This document shows positions 57,787 to 64,000 of a DNA stretch of 64,000 bases, piece by piece. The notes beneath the pieces were generated by a model that searched no databases, was not told the DNA's origin, and worked only from the letters and a program-made list of their open reading frames with translations. Numbering within the stretch: the first letter of the stretch is position 1; every line of letters starts with the position of its first letter. This DNA comes from Pelagibacteraceae bacterium (GTDB lineage: Bacteria > Pseudomonadota > Alphaproteobacteria > HIMB59 > GCA-002718135), in NCBI GenBank assembly GCA_002717485.1, contig PBDW01000020.1:2802-66801 (forward strand), given 5' to 3'. The position numbers and the translations under genes were made by a program.

Positions 57787-58617
57787 TTAATTATTTTTTT
57801 TTGAAACTACTTGAACAAAATTTAATTTTCTTAGATTTACAAATGGAAGAATGTAAGTTCCGTTTTTGTCTATTTTATATACCTTTCCAACTAAAATATT
57901 TCTCGGAAAAATTCCAGCATTTCCATTTGTTACAAGTACTTGACCTAATTTAAGATTTTTATTTTCTTTAATAAACTTTAATTTTAAAAATTTTTGATCT
58001 GAATTTCCAGTAATAATAGCATTGATATCAGTATTAAATACTTTTACCGGTATGTTTGAATTCATATCATTTATTAACAACACTTTTGACGAAAAATTTC
58101 CAACTTCAATTATTCTGCCCACAAGACCTCTTTCGTTAATTACACTTGAATTAATTTTAATATCTTTATTTTTCCCCGCATTTAACTGAATTGAGTTTAT
58201 AAAACTACCTGATGGCTGTGTCAAAATTCTAACAGTTTGTTGTAGTTGAAGATTTTTATCCTGAACATTTAATAATTGTTTATATGCTTCATTTTCATCA
58301 ATTAAACGTGTAGACAAAGTTTTCCATCTTAAAAGCCTTTTATTCTCGATCTTTAAACGATCATTCTCCAAAGATAAATTTTTAATATGATATGCATAAT
58401 TTATAAATTCTGAAGTTTTATTTATGGGAAATGCAACAATTGATGAAATTGGAGTGATAATATCTAAACTTAAACCTCGAATCTTAGAGATCATATTTAA
58501 ATCTGTTTTATTAATAAAAACTAAAAGAAAAACTATTAAAAAAATAACCGGTGATATAAATGTATTTAAATTTTTTGACTTGGAAAAAAGTTTATTTTTA
58601 TTTTTTATAACTTCCAT
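57787..58617 (-). CDS. mreC: rod shape-determining protein MreC
   Basis: N-terminal anchor, coiled-coil (LENDRLKIENKRL) and beta-barrel region (GLVGRIIEV, VLTSG-like VTNGNAGIFP). Confidence 0.88.
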   Translation of the reverse strand: MEVIKNKNKLFSKSKNLNTFISPVIFLIVFLLVFINKTDLNMISKIRGLSLDIITPISSIVAFPINKTSEFINYAYHIKNLSLENDRLKIENKRLLRWKTLSTRLIDENEAYKQLLNVQDKNLQLQQTVRILTQPSGSFINSIQLNAGKNKDIKINSSVINERGLVGRIIEVGNFSSKVLLINDMNSNIPVKVFNTDINAIITGNSDQKFLKLKFIKENKNLKLGQVLVTNGNAGIFPRNILVGKVYKIDKNGTYILPFVNLRKLNFVQVVSKKNN

Positions 58618-58622
58618 ATTTT

Positions 58623-61222
<2,600 letters not shown>

Positions 61223-61273
61223 TTATAAAATCTGGTTATATCTAAAAATACTTCAATATAATATTTTTTTATA

Positions 61274-62293
<1,020 letters not shown>

Positions 62294-62296
62294 TTA

Positions 62297-62848
62297 TTAC
62301 TCCTCATCCTTTTTTGTAATTTTTGAAGAGATTGCAACTGGGCCACTTCTAACTATCTCTATTTTTCCTACTTCTGAAATATCTTTAATAAAAGAATTTA
62401 TTCTCTCAGAGGTTCCAGCTATCTCAAAAATTATATTGTCATTCTCATTTTCTATTTTTCTTGCTCTATATATATCACATATACGAAATATTTCTTTTTT
62501 TGCGCTACTTTCATCAATTATTAAAACTAGAGCAACTTCTGCCTCTACTGAGCTTCCCTCCTCAGTTAAATCATTTACGCTATGAACAGGAACGATTCTC
62601 ATTAGCTGATTGCATATTTGATCAATAATTTCCTTAGTTCCCTCTGTAACAATGGTAATTCTTGATAAATGTTCGTTTAAACTTACCTCAGCAACATTTA
62701 GACTTTCAATATTATATCCTCTACCTGAAAACATTCCTACAACTCTTGCCAAAACCCCTGGTTCGTTATCAACTAAAATTGTTAATATATGTCTTTCACT
62801 TTTGCTAACTTGTTTTGGCGCATCATAAACTGATTTATTTGTATTCAT
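62297..62848 (-). CDS. ilvH: acetolactate synthase small (regulatory) subunit
   Basis: ACT domain HILTILVDNEPGVLARVVGMFSGRGYNIESLNV. Confidence 0.93.
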   Translation of the reverse strand: MNTNKSVYDAPKQVSKSERHILTILVDNEPGVLARVVGMFSGRGYNIESLNVAEVSLNEHLSRITIVTEGTKEIIDQICNQLMRIVPVHSVNDLTEEGSSVEAEVALVLIIDESSAKKEIFRICDIYRARKIENENDNIIFEIAGTSERINSFIKDISEVGKIEIVRSGPVAISSKITKKDEE

Positions 62849-64000
62849 TATACTAAAATTTTACCTTTCTTTGCCGAATCCTCATCCTGTTTTTGATTCT
62901 TGTTCAAAACCATTTCATTATGTGCAGATCCACTTTGAATCATTGGGAAGCAATTCTCATTCTTGTCTACAACAATATCTGCTATTACAGTTCTATCTGT
63001 GCTAATCATCTCTTTAATCACATCATCAACTTCTTTAGGTTTTGTTGCTCTTAACCCAACAGCTCCAAAACTCTCAGCCAACTTAACAAAATCTGGAAGG
63101 CTGTCCATATAACTTTCAGAATAACGGCCTTCATGCAACAGTTCCTGCCACTGCCTTACCATTCCCATATATTCATTATTGATAATAAAAATCTTTACGG
63201 GCAACTTATGTTGTACTGCCGTACTCATTTCTTGAATGTTCATTAGCACTGAAGATTCTCCAGCAATATCAACAACTAAACTTTCCGGATTAGCAACTTG
63301 AGCACCTATTGCAGCAGGAAATCCATATCCCATAGTCCCTAATCCTCCAGAGGTAAGCCATTTTTTTGGTTTTTCAAATTTATAGAATTGTGCAGCCCAC
63401 ATTTGATGTTGCCCAACTTCAGTTGTAATAATAGTATCTCTATCCCGAGTTAGTTCGTACAGTCTTTCAATTGCGTATTGTGGTTTAATAATTTCATCTG
63501 AAAGAGTGTATTTAAGACAATCAATTTCTTTCCATTTTTCGATTTTTTTCCACCAATCATCAATTGAAATCTTATTGACAGATAAATTTTTATTTTTCCA
63601 TATTTTTAACATTTGTTTTAAAACTGTTTCCATATCGCCTATAATGGGAATATCCACCTTAACATTTTTATTTATACTGCTAGAATCTATATCGATATGT
63701 ATTTTTATCGAGTTCGGAGAGAAAGCATCAAGTCTACCTGTAACTCTATCATCAAATCTTGCCCCTAAATTAATCATTACATCACAGTCATGCATTGCAA
63801 GATTTGATTCATACATACCGTGCATTCCTAGCATTCCAAGAGATTGTTTATCGCCGGCTGGAAACGCCCCAAGGCCCATTAAAGTCATAGTAACTGGAAA
63901 TCCTGTTAATCTTATAAACTTTAATAATAATTCTGATGTTGATGATCCTGAATTTATGCATCCTCCACCTACATAAAAAATGGGTTTTTTTGCTGAAGCG
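62848..64000 (-). CDS. ilvI: acetolactate synthase large subunit (5' end beyond window)
   Basis: ThDP motif GGLGTMGYGFPAAIGA...NNEYMGMVRQWQ. The reading frame stays open upstream of the track's Met at 63888 (…ASAKKPIFYVGGGCINSGSSTSELLLKFIRLTGFPVTMTLMG) through to position 64000. Confidence 0.95.
   Translation of the reverse strand, partial: ASAKKPIFYVGGGCINSGSSTSELLLKFIRLTGFPVTMTLMGLGAFPAGDKQSLGMLGMHGMYESNLAMHDCDVMINLGARFDDRVTGRLDAFSPNSIKIHIDIDSSSINKNVKVDIPIIGDMETVLKQMLKIWKNKNLSVNKISIDDWWKKIEKWKEIDCLKYTLSDEIIKPQYAIERLYELTRDRDTIITTEVGQHQMWAAQFYKFEKPKKWLTSGGLGTMGYGFPAAIGAQVANPESLVVDIAGESSVLMNIQEMSTAVQHKLPVKIFIINNEYMGMVRQWQELLHEGRYSESYMDSLPDFVKLAESFGAVGLRATKPKEVDDVIKEMISTDRTVIADIVVDKNENCFPMIQSGSAHNEMVLNKNQKQDEDSAKKGKILV

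Noticed and set aside
63506-63976. A 156-aa plus-strand ORF, the longest unexplained ORF in the track.
   Set aside because: It lies entirely antisense to the acetolactate synthase large-subunit gene, whose frame is continuous and highly conserved here. The translation is hydrophobic and low-complexity with no motif.

Overview
This 64-kb window is very AT-rich (roughly 30% GC by eye) and extremely gene-dense. I call about 66 protein genes and 2 tRNAs. Spacers are mostly 0-50 nt and many start/stop codons overlap. Gene content and order point to a streamlined free-living alphaproteobacterium (SAR11/Pelagibacterales-like); this is an inference, not a database result. The supporting hallmarks are NDUFA12 next to DUF2155, a long-form dCTP deaminase, a YhdP/AsmA-like gene beside tyrS-anmK, and a short RNase E/G.

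The content is almost entirely housekeeping:
- mnmA, the SUF Fe-S operon (sufBCDS-sufT-sufA) and tRNA-CAU
- anmK/tyrS
- mrcA, prfB (with its programmed +1 frameshift) and a YhdP-like gene
- rne, an M48 protease, dcd and aroQ-accBC
- NDUFA12/DUF2155, pyrC, a GT9 glycosyltransferase, ygfZ, glyQS, sppA, ispB and rpe
- tRNA-Lys followed by a small cluster of transporters and unknowns (HupE/UreJ, MFS, SbmA/BacA, FxsA)
- uppP, sbcB, a kinase/ALDH16-like/deoC/gpsA array and a HAAT-type ABC importer
- rodA-mrdA-mreDCB and leuA-ilvC-ilvHI

I see no rRNA, CRISPR, transposase, integrase, toxin-antitoxin pair or recognisable defence system, and I cannot honestly point to a clearly novel multi-gene system.

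The items most worth a second look are:
- a tRNA 3'-half duplication bracketing a single gene
- a two-domain ALDH16-type dehydrogenase embedded with deoC and a PfkB kinase
- a 27-codon ultra-basic micro-ORF next to tRNA-Lys
- a HupE-centred cluster of unknowns
- a BCCP with a transmembrane-like N-terminus

All homology statements come from reading motifs in the translations. No searches were run.
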